Below, piece after piece: positions 61,801 through 64,000 of a stretch of DNA of 64,000 nt. Position 1 is the first letter of the stretch. Each line of letters starts with the position of its first letter. The position numbers were made by a program, and so were the translations under genes. Location: positions 248,001 to 312,000 of the forward strand of contig NIVC01001164.1 of the NCBI GenBank assembly GCA_002269645.1, read 5' to 3'. The DNA is from Macrostomum lignano. Taxonomy: Eukaryota. Under the pieces are notes generated by a model. The model searched no databases and had not been told where the DNA came from. It saw nothing but the letters and a program-made list of their open reading frames with translations.

Positions 61801-63552
61801 CTCAGCAACTCGCTGTGGCAGCTGGCCATAATTTGGTCCCTGACGAGTGAATAACGTTGGCTCTTGAACTGGCAGGCTTCCGAGGCGCTCCAGAGTCTGC
61901 TATGCCAGGCGTCTATCGACTCGCCTTCGTCCTGCACGCACTGGCGGAATTGGTAGCAGAGAAACACAATGTTGTCGTGACCTTGGAAATGCTTGGTGAA
62001 TAGAGCGATCAGCTGGTCGACCGTGGGTTCGACTGTAGGTTCGCCTTCTGTTGTGTTGGTCTCTGTTGTTATGATCTCGCTATACAGGTCATTTACTTCT
62101 TTGCCTGCCGTGTATAGGAGGATCTGGCGTTTCTGTGTCTCGTTTGTGATGCCCGTGGCCGCCAGGTAGCGTAGAAGGTTGGATGACCACTCCTGCCAGC
62201 GCTTGCTTGTGGAGTGGGGGTTGTCTCTAATGCTAAAGTTACCTGGGGCCGGCAGTTGTAGGAAGGCCATGGTTCAGCCTTGCAACACCAATGTAATGAC
62301 TCAGGAGTCAGGCAGTGTTTGTGGTGTGCGAGAAAAAGCCTTAACCCTCCAAGTAGGGTGAGACAATATTTATATTTGGAAGCGATCTGATTGCAACGTG
62401 CACAATTGAGCCGCGTGCCTTACGTATATAAGTTGAGTAGCGACATGTACGTGCTAATACAATGTACAAGCTAGTACTAGCCAGAGTGGCATTACAATAA
62501 TATATACTAGTTTTTTAGTTTTAGGTCTTTTGTTTCTTTGCTATATACCTCTCTTCACTTTTGTTTTACAATACATTATTAACAAATTTCCCATTTAGGG
62601 TATTGTATAATGAAAGTGAATATAAGAATTTTGCTCTAATAAATTATAATTGTATGATTTTTGTGATCATAAATACATCTATTTCAATTCTCACTATTTA
62701 AATTGGTTATCATATAACAAAATTGATGCAAAATGCAAGTATTGTAAAACAAAAGAATGCTGTTTAAAGTTTACTTTTCAATAAAGGTAAGATAGGAATC
62801 TCTATCTTAGTTTTTTATCCTATTTAACCTTATACATTCACAATACCTAGCCAAGCTATCCAATCTATTGGGTAAAAAAAAGTTGACATAGTTTTTAAAG
62901 TTTGCAGGTTCCATGTTTATAGATTTTATTATATTTACTATTGATAATCAGTTTTAATATTTCAAATAAATTTATAGAATCAAATATGAATCAGAAAAAT
63001 ATTAGAAGTAAATTTATTGTCATTGATCTAGGATCCAAATTCAATATGTAAAATTTAGTTTTGATGTATAATAATTTGCACTGTCACAAAAATCTTTGTT
63101 ACTACTTTAAAAAAGGTTTTATTAGATGATTTTTGGCAAAAATGAATATGTGCTCAGTTGCTAAAGTTATAAGCAAATTCAAATAATGTCTACCTAGTTG
63201 TCTCATTCATAGTCAAATCTCACTTAGCAAAGTCGCTTAAATAATTTTAGATTCTTCCCCAACCACCTGGTGCCGCCAGTGTCAATTGTGGCCAATGCCA
63301 TCTTCTCTCTGCTAGTTCGGATCCGTCTGTGCAAAAAGTTCGAACGCCAGGTGAGCGCCGCCCCCCTGTCTGGCGTGGTTGTCCGCGACCCGGACGAGAG
63401 CGAACGGCGCAAGCAGATGGCGCTTAAGGCGCTCAATGATCGCCTGCTTAGCGCTGGGCACGAGCCCTGGCCAAGGGATGCGCCCAGCCCTGCCGCCGCT
63501 GCCGCAACTGTAGTTGCCGCTTCGGCCACCAGCACTACCGCTGATATTGCTG
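52892..63552 (+). CDS. TMEM115: TMEM115 (rhomboid-like Golgi membrane protein); exons 52892-53564 and 63251-63552, probably continuing beyond the window
   Basis: LAITPGYFMPPNYYVWTL, LLEPLWG..EL, IHG, SWTYLRFYQKH..GD.SDSF.FA|RFFP..L.P.V, ERRKQMALKALNDRL match TMEM115. The phase-2 GT-AG intron fits after correcting a 1-nt frameshift near 53126-53129. A donor G|GTAAGC follows 63552. Confidence 0.88.
53870..56885. mobile_element. Foldback-like element: inverted repetitive arms around a decayed ORF
   Basis: Left arm (53870-54370) is built of gacact/acactcatc subrepeats; right arm (56345-56885) is built of the complementary agtgtc/gatgagtgt subrepeats; the interior has stop-interrupted coding-like sequence. 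Exact ends are not defined. Confidence 0.6.
58289..59461 (-). pseudogene. Gypsy integrase
   Basis: H(Q)GHQG..WWPGM..CISCQ zinc region, LGLDFLGP, DHFSRF, TDNGPPF, YPQANG. Confidence 0.9.
59474..60746 (-). pseudogene. Gypsy reverse transcriptase / RNase H, disrupted
   Basis: FSELDVTKAFHQ, WVHDDILVY (degenerate YxDD), LIVDASPTGVGAIL, YASRSL..RYSQTEREAL, TNHKPL; in-frame stops and a frameshift at 60500-60750. Confidence 0.9.
60747..62270 (-). pseudogene. Gypsy gag-protease region
   Basis: Two Cys/His knuckles (CIQCGKSGHRSC, CTNCGKFNHLAKAC), protease LIDSGASCN, premature stop at the start of RT. Confidence 0.9.
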
Positions 63553-63639
63553 GTAAGCCATGGGCATGTGCACGAAAACTGGCCTTGGGAGGGGGTTGGG
63601 GTTGTCGTGCAACTCACCACCTATGAGGGGCGCTTTCAT

Positions 63640-63945
63640 CCGAAGCTTCACAATGCCAAGACTTCAGAAACCCGAAGATTCACAATGCCAAGACTTCTTA
63701 AACCCGAAGCTTCACAATGCCAAAACTTCACAAACCCGAAGCTTCACAATGCCAAAACTTCACAAATCTGAAGCTTCACAATGCCAAAACTTTACAAACC
63801 TGAAGCTTCACAATGCTAAAACTTCACAAACCCAAAGCTTCACAATGCTAAAACTCCACAAACCCGAAGCTCCACAATGCCAAAACTTCACAAATCCGAA
63901 GCTTCACAATGCCAAAACTTCACAAACCCGAAATTTCACAATGTC
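63640..63945. repeat. 31-bp minisatellite after the TMEM115 exon 2 donor
   Basis: Unit ccgaagcttcacaatgccaaaacttcacaaa. Confidence 0.9.
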
Positions 63946-64000
63946 GAATAGTCGAAAATCTCATCTCTACACTGCAGTGCATTTCGACATTGTAAAATTT

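Larger units (their letters stand above)
57974..62496 (-). mobile_element. Full-length but decayed Ty3/Gypsy LTR retrotransposon in the TMEM115 intron
   Basis: 205-bp LTRs 57974-58178 and 62292-62496 with TGTAATG...CATTACA ends and 7 mismatches; perfect 5-bp TSD ATAAT; TGG-starting PBS-like site 62290-62271; purine tract gaggaggaa before the 3' LTR; domain order gag-PR-RT-RH-IN. Confidence 0.95.

Noticed and set aside
58265-61850. Numerous plus-strand ORFs over the retrotransposon
   Set aside because: Antisense shadows of GC-rich gag-pol sequence.

Overview
Eukaryotic (animal) genomic DNA: GT-AG introns, mostly GC-rich exons, and AT-rich intergenic DNA packed with minisatellites. The overall style resembles the flatworm Macrostomum, but that is an inference. 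Six intron-containing genes can be reconstructed: DHX35 (+), a BTB-Kelch-like gene (+), an otopetrin (+), a CREBL2-like bZIP (-), glycine decarboxylase GLDC (-) and TMEM115 (+, head-to-head with GLDC). An orphan low-complexity ORF lies antisense inside a DHX35 intron. Mobile DNA includes a complete but decayed Ty3/Gypsy element (205-bp LTRs, 5-bp TSD), a 4.35-kb non-autonomous Helitron-like element, several MITEs, and two larger inverted-repeat elements. About 20 tandem arrays explain most of the spurious long ORFs in the track. The most interesting pattern is that several minisatellites are built from the splice junction itself, giving arrays of repeated donor or acceptor sites; in DHX35 these are in frame. 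Two single-base homopolymer frameshifts (GLDC, TMEM115) most likely reflect assembly error. No rRNA, tRNA or CRISPR array is supported. No clearly new biological system is proven here; the findings are hypotheses.
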